Assembly (NCBI GenBank): GCA_012295275.1
Contig: CM022670.1
Coordinates: 22,134,001 to 22,198,000, forward strand
DNA from: Chrysomallon squamiferum
Lineage: Eukaryota > Animalia > Mollusca
Length of the DNA stretch: 64,000 nt
Direction of reading: 5' to 3'
Part shown: in pieces, positions 39,888 through 54,300 of the stretch
Layout: every line of letters begins with the position of its first letter
Position numbering within the stretch: the stretch's first letter is position 1
Position numbers and translations under genes: made by a program
Notes under the pieces: model-generated
The model's input: only the letters and a program-made list of their open reading frames with translations
Databases searched by the model: none
What the model was told of the DNA's origin: nothing

Positions 39888-42800
39888 TGATGATAATAAA
39901 AAGATTAAATTTAATTAATGACTATTAATGGTCTGAACAGAAACACTATGTTAATAAAAGAGTTAACATGTTTACATAAAAAAAAAAAAAAAATGTTATA
40001 AAAATTTGTTTATTTCTCTATCTGTAGAATAAACATCTTTCTTTCTTTCTTCTTGTTTCCCTGCCCAGATCACACACCCTGATCTAATTTTCAGCCATAT
40101 TTCTTTCCCTTTTCCTTCCCAAAGTAACAACTTTTTATGGTCCTGCACACCGAGGCCCCAGTGACTCACCGTCTATAACAGCATATGTGTTGATGACAAC
40201 TTTATGACCTGTCTTGGCATTGTTTACTGCAATAACATCCATGACTTCTCGAGCCTCAGTCAGAGATGACAGCAGTCCACGGCTGATGTACAGAATCATG
40301 GCTTTGTCTGAAAAAACACATAAAATGTTTTTCAATGCAGACAGGCACAACAGCTGTATATGCTGATAATTAATTCACAGAAACAGAAAAAAAACACACA
40401 CAACACACACAAACGCACACACACACACACACACGGTGCACACACACACAACACACACAGACACACGCATGCACACACACACACACAACACACACATGAG
40501 TGCTTAATAATATCAGTAACATTTTCTAAAAGGGTGTCAGTATTGTAATAATAATAATAATTATTATTATTTATCTATATTTAAAACCGTCAAAATCTTA
40601 CCTGAATATATCTGGCCACTAACAAATGCATTCTGTATTAACTCAAATGCTGTTTTAAATCCAAGTGTATGGTTAGTAGGTGCTGAAAAAAAAAAAAACA
40701 TAAATAAACTTAATTAAATAATAACTGAATAATTAATAATAACAGTAGTAGAAACAATCAAACTGAACTTTCATGTACCACAAGTTGAAGGTTTTTTTCT
40801 TCTATAATAATAATAATAATAACATCAAAAAATAAAATTTACCTTTTTAATATAATTATTAGTGACAATAAAGCTTAGAAAAAAAAAAGTAACAAACAAG
40901 AAAAAAAAAAAAAAGCAGGGGAGGCTGTTGTTTCTTGTTAATTATAACCTATTTATTAAATCATAAAAACTTACTGTCTTGTTTTTTCAAACTATCTACA
41001 AACTTCCCAAAGTAAAATTTGGATTCTATTGTGGCTGGAACCAAAGCATGAGGTAGACATGTATCTGCTCTTGCATAAGAAGCTTTGGCAGCCATTCCTA
41101 TAATCCCAATCTGAAAAATCAAAATTTTACTTTTAAAAACTGGTAGTTTTGTTAACAACAGTAACTGTATGTTTTTTCTACTGCTTTTTCCTTTCATATT
41201 AAAATTTAAAAAATTAAAGAAAAAAAATTACAATCTTAAATCCTAATCCCTAATAAACAGAATTTCAAACTGGAGACTGGTTACTTAAAGAGACAAACAT
41301 TCCATAATACTAGTCATAAAACCACTTTATTACTGCATGAGAATTTAACAAACTGTATGAAATGCATAATTACAAAATATATAATAAAATAAAATTTTAA
41401 AAAATAATAAATTAGTAAAATAAATTAATTAAATCTTGAGAAAAAAAAGAGGAAAATAGTGATAAGAAGAATTTTCAACTAAAAAAATACCATGCTAGAC
41501 ATAATTTATTACATTTAAAAATAAGTTAACAAATACTCTGAAATAGTATTTAAAAAAAGCCACAATGTAATTATTCTGGGCATATTAATGACATTTACCC
41601 ATTTGTAGTTTCCTTTGAAATTATATAATGAGGAAATATGTTGCAATGATCAAAAAGCAAATACAGTCACACCATATAATTACATCCCATTGATGTATAA
41701 TTTGAACTCAAACATAATAAACAAGAACATGTAAGGTTTGGCACTGTACCAGAAAATAAAGTCGGGTTAATTACAGAGAATCTAGCATGAGATTAAAAAA
41801 AAAAAATAAAAAATTGTTTGAAGGGAATATGAAATGTCAGGACAAAAACATTGTACACATATTTAATATCCACGCAAGTAACTGAAGATATGTTAATAAA
41901 ATAGCAATAATATTGTTGTTTGTGTGTTGCTGGGTTTTTGTTGTTGTCAATGCTGCATTCTACCATTTCACCACTAATTACATTTTACCATGTAGTGTAC
42001 AGTATGTCAGAACTTGTATGCTTAATAATCAATGAATGCTTAAAAAAGTAAATTGGTTTTACTGCTGTTAAGTGTATTTTTAGAAATAATCTTATTTATT
42101 TATTTATTGTATGATAATGGATGATTTTATTTATATTTTCATTCTATTTCAAAATATATATATATATATATATATTATTTTATTAGCAGTATTACATGCA
42201 GACATCAGACTATATTATGACTGGCAATGTCATTACAGCTGAGCTCTAGTAAATAGGATTTACAACAGGACATATCTGTCTGCATTAAAACAGCATATAT
42301 TGTTTTTGTTTTTTGTTTTTTTAATTTATTATTTATTTTATTTATTAACTCTAAATTTATATTTTTGGGTTTTACATTTTTTATTTTATGTTAAATGGTC
42401 AGTTATTGCTAATGCACCAGGAAGCATAGTTCTAACATGCCAGACTTGTATTTTGTCTGGGCACTTTTTTAAACATCAGAAAGCTTTGCCAGGACTTTAA
42501 ATTATAATGGTACTTGATACAAAAAACAAACAAGTGAGATATGACTGAAACACATTATACAGACAACTGTAGGTAATGAAAACAAACAGCAGAATCTACT
42601 CATATAGCTTAATCCATTAGTAGTGTTGTAAGCACGGATGTGCACAAAACTGCTAATAATAAAGTAAACAAGCAGATTTCTACAACAGTTTAGACTGAAA
42701 ACAGATGAGTAGAGAACATTTTAAAATAAATGACAGAAATGTCTTTCAACATAAAGCATCATGAAATATTTAAACAAAGCAATCGATTTGAAAGCAGGAA

Positions 42801-45800
42801 AAAATAAAAGATAATTTAGTTCTAAATATTATTACTGATGCTGGAACAATGTTTATTTTTTGCATCTGAAAAAGTGAAATTGAAAGAAATAGAGAGACAA
42901 TGAGGAAAAAATAGAGTTTAAATTGTTAAAGGACATACTCTATCATTTTCTGTAAATGACCCCAACAAATGAATAGCAATGGCCTTGGCTGTCCGGAGTT
43001 GAGTTGGACTCATAGAATTCCCATGATCCACCATAATGACAATGTGCTTCCTCTGGGGTTGAATTGTTGACAGAAATACATCCCTGCAAGAAAAATATGG
43101 CACAAATAATAACAGTGTAAAGCATTAATTAATAAAAGCAAATTTAAAAGCCTGAAAATTTAATCAGCATAAGAATGTAATATAATATGGAACATTTTGA
43201 ATGAACTTGAACAAAGGAAAGTTTGGACTGAATTGATAGGGGATAAAGGAATTTTAACCATATAGCTGTCAGTTGTTTCATTTCTTCCTGTAATCTAATG
43301 AAAATGTCTTATAGTAGATAAAAATAAATTTGTATTATAACACCTAAAGACCAGGATTGTAAGCATTTTTTGAACCCTGTTTTTTTTGAGTCAGTAGCAA
43401 AATTTTATGTTTGAATTTATTTCTTTATATGTATGAAAGCAATTTATAAGGAAAACCATAATTTTACTAGTTAATGTAAGAGATAAAAAAAAATAATTAA
43501 AAAAAATTTAAAAAAATGTTCTGAGAGGCAAAATAAATAAAGAAAAAAATTCTTTTTTGTATCAATAAACAAGAAAAACAGTGTGGTATGACAGTGTAAG
43601 TATTAAATTTATATGAACTTCAAGACAAAAGAAGAAAAGAATTTGAAGGATGAAAAAGAAAGAAGAAAGAAATTATGAAAAAAGCAATAGATTTTTCTTT
43701 AAAATTTTATTACATATTGATTGCTTTGATGTACACACTTTCACTTTTGCTTTTATCAAATCAATGAAGTAAATACTCTAAATTTTTGTTTATTGATCTG
43801 CAGGATTTTCTATATGTTTTTCAGACTTTATTTTCAGCAATAAAAGCATCTTATCCTCTAATCTACCAGTGATTGATCTTTGATAAACACTGTTTATGGA
43901 ATAATATAATAATTCAAGATGAATGAATACGTAAATTCCCTTAAGCAAAAAACAGTTTGAGAGTGGCAATAAAAACTGCAGCCTTTGATGTTCTGTTTGC
44001 ATGCCAGACTTGAAACATTGCGGTCAATATTGAGTAGTTGTTAGATGAGATGAGCAGTAATTTCTATTCTATACTCAGTGAAAAAAAGTATATACTGTCA
44101 ACTGCACAATATCACACTTTTAAACTGATTCTTTAAAGTTATACCAATTAATAGTAACCTCATGAAGTTAATAAAAGTATAATATTGAAAGTAACAGCCA
44201 CTATTCTATAACTCTTGAATAAAGATTAAAAACAAATAATAAATAAATCAATAAATTTAAAAACATAATGAATGTAAAATACTGGCTAAATTATTCTCCA
44301 TCAAAAATCTCGCCCACTCACCCCATCCACTATACATGTATACTATTTAAACAGAATATTTTTGAACGATACTGCTGCTCAACTAAATACGTTTTTCTAT
44401 TCATTATATTCAGTATGTCAACAAAAATATATATAAAAAACAAAACAGAACTGAAACAGTCTAATTGCAACTTTTTAACATTGCTCGGTACTTAAAAGTT
44501 GAGCGGACTCAAAGCCCTGTTTGAAACAACGGCAGTAAGTCAATCCTAGTCTGAGATACCAAATCTATTTATTTACTTTTCTGGGCTTGTCTCTCCTAGC
44601 TGGCTTACTCCCAGCAGTTCTTTGATCTTCTGTGTCAAATAACGCCTGTGTGCACACAGTGACTAGTTGTCACTCTACTTGTACCACTAAGTTCTGAGTC
44701 AATTGTGCAACAATTGCTGATGTTCCCAAGAAGTGTGCCTACTTGGACGTACACATTTCTCAATGCATGTTTGTGGATCAGTGCCATTTTTTAAAATCGA
44801 TAGACATGTTATTGTGATGTAAAGCAGATAAAATGTCTGATCCGACTTCAAAGGATTTCTTGAATGTCAATTCTCGCTTTGTGCACAGATCCGATCAATA
44901 TGAATAGCCTACTGCTGGTGTATGTCAACAATGCTTTGGTGTTAAATCATATTTTGCTGATGGCATTGCTCAGTGCAACAGCAGTAATAAATTCTGAAAG
45001 GCTTGCAATTAAAATATTTCTGTCAGGGTTTTCTGAGCGTATGCACATCTTTTATTTCGTACCCATTTAATAGCTTCTGCAGGACAAATTCCAATATGTG
45101 TTCAAACATGTATTTTACAAGTACAAAAAGCTAAATATTTATCTCTTCTTTATCACTGTAAATAAATAATTCTGAAAAGACTAAAAAAGAAAAAAAAAGA
45201 AAATGGGGTGTTTTAATAATGCAGTCTTGTCAAGTAACATATATACTTTTTTTAATTATAATTTTAATTTTACCACTAATATCTAGTTTTATTAGATACA
45301 CTGTTTCCTGAACTAAATGCATTAAATTTAAATTTTCCAAAAGATCTAGGATTATATAATAAAATCTACAGAATATAAAATTTATCTGAATGAAATTTTT
45401 TAAAATAAAGGTTTAACAGTTTACGGTTAGGTTCAGAGTGAATTAAATGAGGTATTTTGATACTAAACATACACACTCACACCAAACTACAATAATAAAA
45501 AAAAAGGCTTTACATCAATACAAGTGTATTATTTTAAAAAAAAACACACAAAACCCCCCCCAAAAATCCCAATAAATAAATGACTTATAAAAATAAAAAC
45601 TGTTAATAATGTTTTATTTCTTTGTCTGAAAGCTGTGCCAGCACGAATGCATGCCAGTATGCAGGTCTTGCTTACATCTTATCAAACTTATGAAACATTA
45701 TTATCTTCAAAGGATGACAGGATGTTTTTCTTTATTAACATACACTGCTGCAAGAATTCATTCCACATCAAAGAAATTATTTCTGACAAAAAAAAATATT

Positions 45801-46041
45801 GGTTTTCATGTTTTAAAAGCACAAGATGCCACAGGCGTGTAGTGGCCTGCTGCTGTTCAGCAGTTTGATGGGCAATATTAACAGTGAAGCGGATACTTAC
45901 TTGAAGTGTTAGGAGAAACAGACTAGCAGCTGTTCTTATAGATTCTTGAGTTCTTGTTAAAATCACTTGAACAAGTCTTAGAAGGGACTCTTACCACATC
46001 TACTTGCTGATTATTTTAGTCTGTCAGTTTGTGGTTGGTAC

Positions 46042-46083
<42 letters not shown>

Positions 46084-46112
46084 GTATGTGTTTGTGTTTG
46101 TGTTTGTGTTAG

Positions 46113-46144
<32 letters not shown>

Positions 46145-48259
46145 ACCATACCTTGTTTTTCTCCAAAATATACAGTCTATAAATAAAATATGTGCTTTTC
46201 AAATAAACCATCATAAAACATTAGCTACTACAGAAAAAAAAAAAAAGAGAGAGAGAAAAAAAAAAACCACAAATATGTTCAGCTTTTTTCAGTGTGGGCT
46301 CAAAATTCAACTGCTGGCTTGCTGCGCTAGTAAATTGCATGGCTCAGCTCCTGTGTACATTTGACCTACAAGCTGACAGTACGAACATGTTTTCTCTGCC
46401 TGTCTGTAACAGGCTTTTGGTAATAAAAATACTTTTATTACTGAAGATGTAAATGTGCAAACACAGTAGACCTTTACTTTAGTAAAAAAAACATAACACG
46501 AGAGTTTAAATTTTTTTTTTTATTCTTTGTCTGCAGAACAGGACAAACCATACATAATAAATGAAAAAAACAAAAACAAAAACAAAAATAAAAAAAACAA
46601 CCTAATAATAAAAAAAAATTAAAATTAAAAAAAAAAAAGGAAAAGAAAAAACCCCAACAAAACAAACCAAGCAAACAATAAAAATTATCACAGAAGTATA
46701 TAATTTTTTTACAGGATATACAAACTGAAAACCAAACTTAGGATGATGTTTATTTAGTAAAGTCTAAGGATATGTAGAAAATACGCTTTCAATAAATCAA
46801 TTTTTTTCAGTAATTTTGCCAATACAGACTATATATATATATTTTAATGTTTTTTCAAATAATAAAAATAATAATTATTAATTTTAAAAGTTTGTAAAAG
46901 CTTTCATTTATTCTTGACAGTTTAAAGAATTATCAAATTAAAAATAGTAGGGCACTTTATTTCTTCTTTTGACAACCTCTTCCCTGTTTTTTAATTCATC
47001 ATTATTTTTCTTTTTGTGCAAAAAAACAACCTGACAACATAAAACAAAAAAAAATTGAAAAATAAGGAAAACATACCATATTTTTTTTTTCCCTATGTTT
47101 AATTTGACATAACAAATTATTATTTCACTTTTTTTGACACCAACATCTATTCACTTGTAAAAATTCATTGATATTCTGTTTCTCTGGGTATGAAATTTAA
47201 TTTTCTGGGATCAAATTATTATTTGTTCAGTCCAATAACCAAAGGTGGCGATGTTAACAGTAACCTAGAAAACTGATCTCCTTGAAGTCAAACATGAAAA
47301 ATGGATTTTTAAATTTTTTTCTTTCTAATTTTATTTCAAGATCACAAGATCCTGTTTACTGAAACATGCTATAATGATGAAAAGATAGATATTAAATAAA
47401 TAACTTGTGCAATCAGCATTCCATAAAAACTGTGTTTTTGTTTCTGTATTATTTTTCTGAGTCTAGACTGATAAAGTGTCAGTGAGGCATCAACTTAAAG
47501 ATATGACTATGATATGAACTCAAAAGTGGAGCTGCCACTGGCACTGAAGATAAAGATCAGTTCAGCTGGTATTATTGTATCTTGTAAAGTGCAGCTGTAA
47601 GACTGTTCAGCCTAGTTCTGTAGATGGAACATGAACCATGGAGAATCTTGTCTATCTGCATTTCCTAAACTCGTGTTGTTTTTGATATGCTTTAACAATT
47701 TTATTTCATAGCATGAAATGATGGACGTGTTTAATAATTTGTAGAACACAACTATTTCCTTCATGATATACATGTTGCAGTATTATAAACAAGACAAAAT
47801 GTAGAAAAGTAGCTGTAAGTTGTTATTTATATAACAGTAGGTTTAACTATTTTAAAACATCTTTCTTTATTGGTCTGTCTGTCATCTTCGTTTTTAAAAT
47901 AGCTTTGTTGTATAAATATTTGCATATAATTTAAGAAAACACTAAAAAACAAACAACTCTATTAGAATGAATTTAGAATTATAAGAAAGAAACAAAGCAT
48001 TCTAACCACACTCAACAACAAAGTTTGCCACACAGGCAAACAGATGGCTAAGAAAATGTATAAAAGGAAGAGTACCAATGGCAAAAACAAAACAGAATTA
48101 TCCCTGATTTGCACACACTGATACAAGTGTGGTGTTAGTGGTACAACATGAAACAATGCTGGGTTGTTTTGACCTGCCAAGCAAGTACAAAAGAAGGAAA
48201 ACATTGGCATGTGGGTTGTATCTGTGGGTCCTCTCTAACAGAGCCAAGCTGGATTAAAG

Positions 48260-48301
<42 letters not shown>

Positions 48302-51300
48302 ACAGCAGTATGGATCAACGTAACTATTTTTTTTTTTTTTTTTTTTTTTACTATAACTATGTAAATTACATTTATTCTTATCAGATGTTACGACTATAGA
48401 AAAAAGAAAAAAAAAAAAAAAAAAAAAAAAAGTTGTATAAACCTAAAAGCTACATTATATTTCTGAAATGGTAAGATACGACAAAAGTGCATTATATATT
48501 TGTAGAAATAATAATTAAAAGTGTGTGTGTAAAATAATTCAACATACGATTCCTATATTCTGTAAAAAAAAAAAAAAAATTTAAAACTCTTACCTATGTC
48601 TAGTATCATGTACATTTCGACAGTCATCTGCCCAACGGAATCCATTAGCTGGATATTCATTGTGAATGCCTTCAGTTGATATAAAATACTGCCATTTCAG
48701 CATTGGAAAATATCCAACATTGCTTCTCCATACTGAAAAATAATGTAAAATCTTTCTTTAATAATATTTAAAATTATACAAGCATCTATATTCTCATTAT
48801 CAAATGTTTTATTAGTTCATCAGTCCATGTGTAGGCATCATGATTCAGTACAGTGTTTTAAAGCATACCATAAATCATGTAATGAATAAATGTTTTAATA
48901 AAATTCTTTATATATTTTGGTCGGCAACCTGTTACCATTCATAAATTATCACAAAAATATAATAGTTGTAAAACATTTAAATACCAGACTTTTAAGATGA
49001 ATATTTTGCCAAAACTACTAAATTACCTACATACACAACATTTACTCCTCCTGACCATATATGCCTTGTATCATACTATATCAGTGTATTTATTTTAATT
49101 GTTTTTTAAGTGAATGGGCATGTGAATGCATCTTACATCCAATACAAAGCACACAACTGATAAAAGATCAAAACACTAAGAATAAATCTAATAAAAAAAG
49201 CACATGAAAATTATAAAAAAACATTTAAGTTAAAATATATTTCTTGGATAATTATATATTCGTTAGTTGGCTATCGTGTATGGTCCGATTCCTGTGTAAG
49301 TAGTTATTGATAAAATCAAACTGAAGCCAGCCACCTTAGTGGACTAATGATGTGTTTTTCTTAGTTTATTAGGTGCATGTGGCTTTCATCTGTCTACCAC
49401 ATCTTCAAAGCAGTGAAGCTGCTGCTGACTTTAAATATTGCTATAAAATGTCTATAAACTTTGCTCATAAAATCTACATCATAGCCAGATACCGAATTCT
49501 AATAAATAAGAAATTCCAAAATGTTTTTGATATATTTTACATTTATTTTTCTACTTTAATTTTTTTTTTTTTCATTGCTTTTTTTTATTACTGCTTTTGC
49601 TAAATAGTTTCCTTTAAAGATACAAAAAAAAAAAGTTTTATTCCTTGTTAATGTTTTTATTTTGAAATATGTTATATTAATAATTAGTTATATGTGTTTA
49701 AAAAATAAACAAATTATGTTGACTATGTCCTATTGAAAGTGAAATGGGAAAGGATTATCTTTTGAAATAATTCTGTGAATTCTTTAAAATACCACAAAAC
49801 AATTTTAAACCAAATTAACATGATAATGGTTCTTACACTCTTGTATTAGCAGTTTCTTCTTATATTTGTAGTGTTCCTACTCAACTGCTTTGATGGGCAA
49901 GAGAACACAAATACCCTGTAATTGAGCTACATTTTCAGTCTGATAACAACAACAACAAAAAAACCAATAATAATCTAAAACAAAAACATTTTAAAATCTC
50001 AAACTCCAACCATTGTAAAAAGAAAAGAAAATACATCAGAGAAACTAAATTTCTGAAGGTTTACAGTACGGTTTAGTGTATACAGATGTATGTTACCAAC
50101 TCCCAAGTAAATTGCTCCAAGCTGTGCCAACTTGTATCTTTTCATACCCAAACAGCTATCAAACATTACATAATCTAATTTACAAAACTAGTGATAAACA
50201 CAGCGCTTTTTCTCCCTCAGTATTTTTTCTTCCATGTAGACAGTATTCCTGGTGGTATATCTTGTTTGATGTTGAGGCAATTAAAATAATAAGCAGAAAG
50301 TTATGGCTCAGATCAAATGAGTTCTTTTGCATCCTGCACCATGGAATGTCTTGTGAAGAAGTTATCATGCACATCAAGGTTCTCTGAAGTGTGTGTGCTT
50401 CAGCATGTTTATGACATCGGATCTTGAAAGATTAGCAACTTCGGAGGATTGCAGCATGAACATTAAAATTTGTCTCATATTCCTTAGAGGAAGGTTTTAT
50501 TGCTTCTCAGAAGGACCACGTTATGGTGCAATAAAAAGTGAACCAGCACAGTTAATACCAGTTATCTCTGTGTACTTACACAAAGTGCAAATTACAGTCT
50601 CTACAAAGTATGATGATTCTTGATTAGTCTTAGATTTCATTGTCCATAAACAATAGAAAATGACTGGTGGTATTAAAAGAAACAAAAATTAAATTACAAA
50701 ATAAATTAACTTATGTTAAAATGACCAGTTAATATCACATCAGCAGGACTGCTAAATTATTTTCGTGATAATTGTAATTCTAAAACATTAACACTTCCTT
50801 CCAGATTTAAAAAAAATATATTTTTACAACTGAAATGAAATGTAAACATCTGCAACTTTCCAATGAACAAATGATAGTGTCAGCTAATCTATAAAAATAA
50901 ACATGCAAGACAACATGACAAATTATGTACATGAATGCAGTTAGTCAATAATTTTTATAGTCATTTCCCTTTTTATTAGTAGTATTTCAATGTTTCTGAA
51001 TTCTAAAAACTGTAATGATTTTTTAAAATTAAAACAATTCTAGTTTTTAAAATTCAGCTTCAAGAAATTTAATACAATAAAAAATAAAGTTGTGTTTGTC
51101 TGTTTTAAGAAAACTTCAGTTTAATATTTATTAGAGTCAGGTTGTGCTGTATTTAAATACACACACAAAGACTGTAACCATCAACAGTAGATAACAGTTC
51201 ATTTTGTAGACATCATCATCTAGCGTTTCTATCTCAGAAAATCTTCCATCAACAGAAACTTGTCTTATCAGAATGCGTCAAAAGTATGTTAGACCCTAGG

Positions 51301-54300
51301 TGAATCAGATATGTAGCTCTGGTATTAATATGGTATGGTCACATTCTTACTGCCTGGCCTTTTCTTTTTGATTTTGTGTTCGCACCAGTGACTTTATGGT
51401 ATCACAAAATCTCACACCTTTAGCCAGAGGCTTTTGTATCAATTTAACTATCAAAATGCAAAAGCCAAGTGCTTTCTGAACCAGTAAAGCATGTACTAAC
51501 AAGTGCAATATAAAATTAACCCTTTATATGTCACATCTGGTTCATTGCATTCTTATGAGATTTTCCTGAAGATTAGCAACTGAACAATGTACTAGATGGT
51601 GATGAGACTCATTAATGCTTCTTGTTTGCATAATACCCATGTTTAAAAAAAAAAAAATTGAAGTAATAATAACCTACTTTACATGTGTTTATTTTGAATT
51701 AAGAAAAAGAAAGAAAAGAGTAAATAATGATAAAAATAATAAAATCCATTAATTCTAAAAATATATAAACTTTATTTTTTTAAAATTTTTATTTTAATAA
51801 ACATCTCGTAAACCTAGTTAACATACCATTTCCGTTAATTTATTTTTTGGCATTAAATATGTTAACTATAAAATAAATGTATACCAGAAATATTTTGCAT
51901 TTAACAAAAAAAAAAAAAGATAAAGAAAAAGAACGTTATAATTATTAATTTCTAACAGTATAACAGAACAGAACAAAAATAATCTTTTATTTTTAAAGCT
52001 TTAAATATATTTTGTTTTCACAGTTAATATATTCAGTATAGTAGGGTGAAGCTGTATTTAAAAATTTGCCACATAAGCAAATCAGATGTACACTAATTAT
52101 ATTGCTGTGTAACAGTTATTCCAATAAATAAACACTGACACATTTTTAGAGATTATGTCAGAACTGATGGATGGGGTTACAGAGTGTCATTTTGCAGTAA
52201 TTTGGTCACATTATTATCATTATTGTTCTCTTTTTAAAAAGTTTTCTTCATTTCAAAACTATTTTGAGAAAAATCTACTGACTGAATTAAATATTAAATA
52301 CCTTCACATGAAATTTATCATAAATATTTATATATTTGTGAAGTTACAAATAACTGAATTTCCAAGTTTATTACAAGAGATTTTGTAATAAACTGTTTTT
52401 ATCAATTTATTTTCTGGGGGGGGGTAACTTTTTGTTTTTTAAAATCACCTCATAATAAATAAATAACACAATAACTGTTTTTAAGAGTTACTTTGTACCA
52501 AAGTAGCTGAATTGTAATTAAAAAAAAATGGTTTTGCCTTTTTTTTTTTCTCCCTTCATTTCTAAACTGCCTACAGGTAACCTAGAAACCTAACAGAATA
52601 TTCAAAACATTCTGAATAAATGCTTATTAATTTTCTAATTTAGTGTAATTTTGTAATAAACTTTATCAAGTAATAAGTTTCAATGCTGTACTGTATCAAT
52701 GCTTTATCCTGCATGAATTATATAAATTTGATTTGTTCTGCAATAGGAATATAACATGATATTATGTTTTATTGTGTTGTTTCTTTTTGTGTGTGTGTTT
52801 TTTTAGGGGGGTTTGTGGGTTTTTTATTGGGTTTTTCTTGGCAGTAATCTAATACAAAAATCTGTATATGTGTATGCAAACATGCTAATATGCATGTCTT
52901 TTAACTTCCTGATGAGAAATACATTTTTCTTGAACCTGTAACTGAGATGAATGTCAATAAAAAAAAAAAAAAAAAAAAAAAAATACTTTTACTTCAACCA
53001 ACCATATAACACTTGTATAATTTTTTCACCCATTCAATTAATTTTTATTTTTATATGGTAACATCATAAGATTAAATGTAAAGCATGTATTTAGTAGAGA
53101 AAAAATAAATGAATGAAATCCCACATGTATCCTATTTGACTTTTTATTCTGTACGTAACTGATTTAAAGAAATTTATTAATAACAACTGCTATTTCATAG
53201 CAAGAGAATATTCACAACTATTTTTTTAGCATGCCACATGATAGTGCAACTAAGTGTCAAACATAAACATATTATATAATCTGATTTTAAGAATCAGTTT
53301 ATGTCTATAATAATTATAATAATAATAAATACATAAATAAAAATGTATTTAAAAAAACAAAATCCTGGTTATACTTTATTCCTCAGGTTAATTTATTTTA
53401 ATTTATAATAATCTAAATTTATTAAACATTTGCACTTTCCATATTCAGTTTCTATTTAAACAATTTTATTTAGTCTTACAAAATTTTAAAAATAGGGTTT
53501 TAGAAAAAAGTGCAGATTATATCAAAGAAAATTATAATCATTTCTGAAAATGCTATAAAATAACAGAATTAAAAAAAAATCTAACAGAAAATGGCTGTAT
53601 ATATATAGTTACATATTCTAAATACAAACTTTCTACATAAACCACTTTTCTTCATGTACTTATCATTGTGATTTTATTATTACTTAAAGATTACATGCTG
53701 AATGAATGTATCAAAGGCTATAAGTCACTTAACACCAGGAAGACTGCAACAAACAAAGCTGTTCTTACAACAAAAGAGCAAAGACCAAAGAACAGATCCA
53801 GGCATGCTTAAATGTATCAAAATGTTGATAATGAACACTTTGATTGCTTTGAGACAGAAGCAGTAAGAACAAAACCTGCTGAAATGAACCTACAACATTG
53901 TGCCCAACATCAGGAAAATATTACTGTGCCTGTATGATTTATTCAGCGACTGCTAGTCCTGAGGTTTAGGTCTGAACAAAGAGTCAAGTATTTCTACAAA
54001 ACATTAAATTGCTAGGACTGTTCCTTTTAAAAACATAAATACCTCTATCTTCAGCAAAAGTCAAAACAAATAAAAAGTGATCATGTAAATTTAATCAACA
54101 GGAACCACCTATGAAAAAAAAGACAGAAAAAAAGGAAAGGAAGAAGAAGAAAAAGAAGAAAGTAAATAAACAATTCAAAACCAAAGAAAAGTAAAAAAAA
54201 AAATAAAAAAAATTCTCTGAACTGACAGCACAAGTCCAACAAGGCAGCTGTGAACAGCCTCAAAAGTATTTCACATCATCACTGAAGCTCTTCATCAGGC

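Noticed and set aside
40360-40548. His/Thr-rich ORFs (also 22060, 46011, 56547)
   Set aside because: Translations of CA/TG microsatellites.
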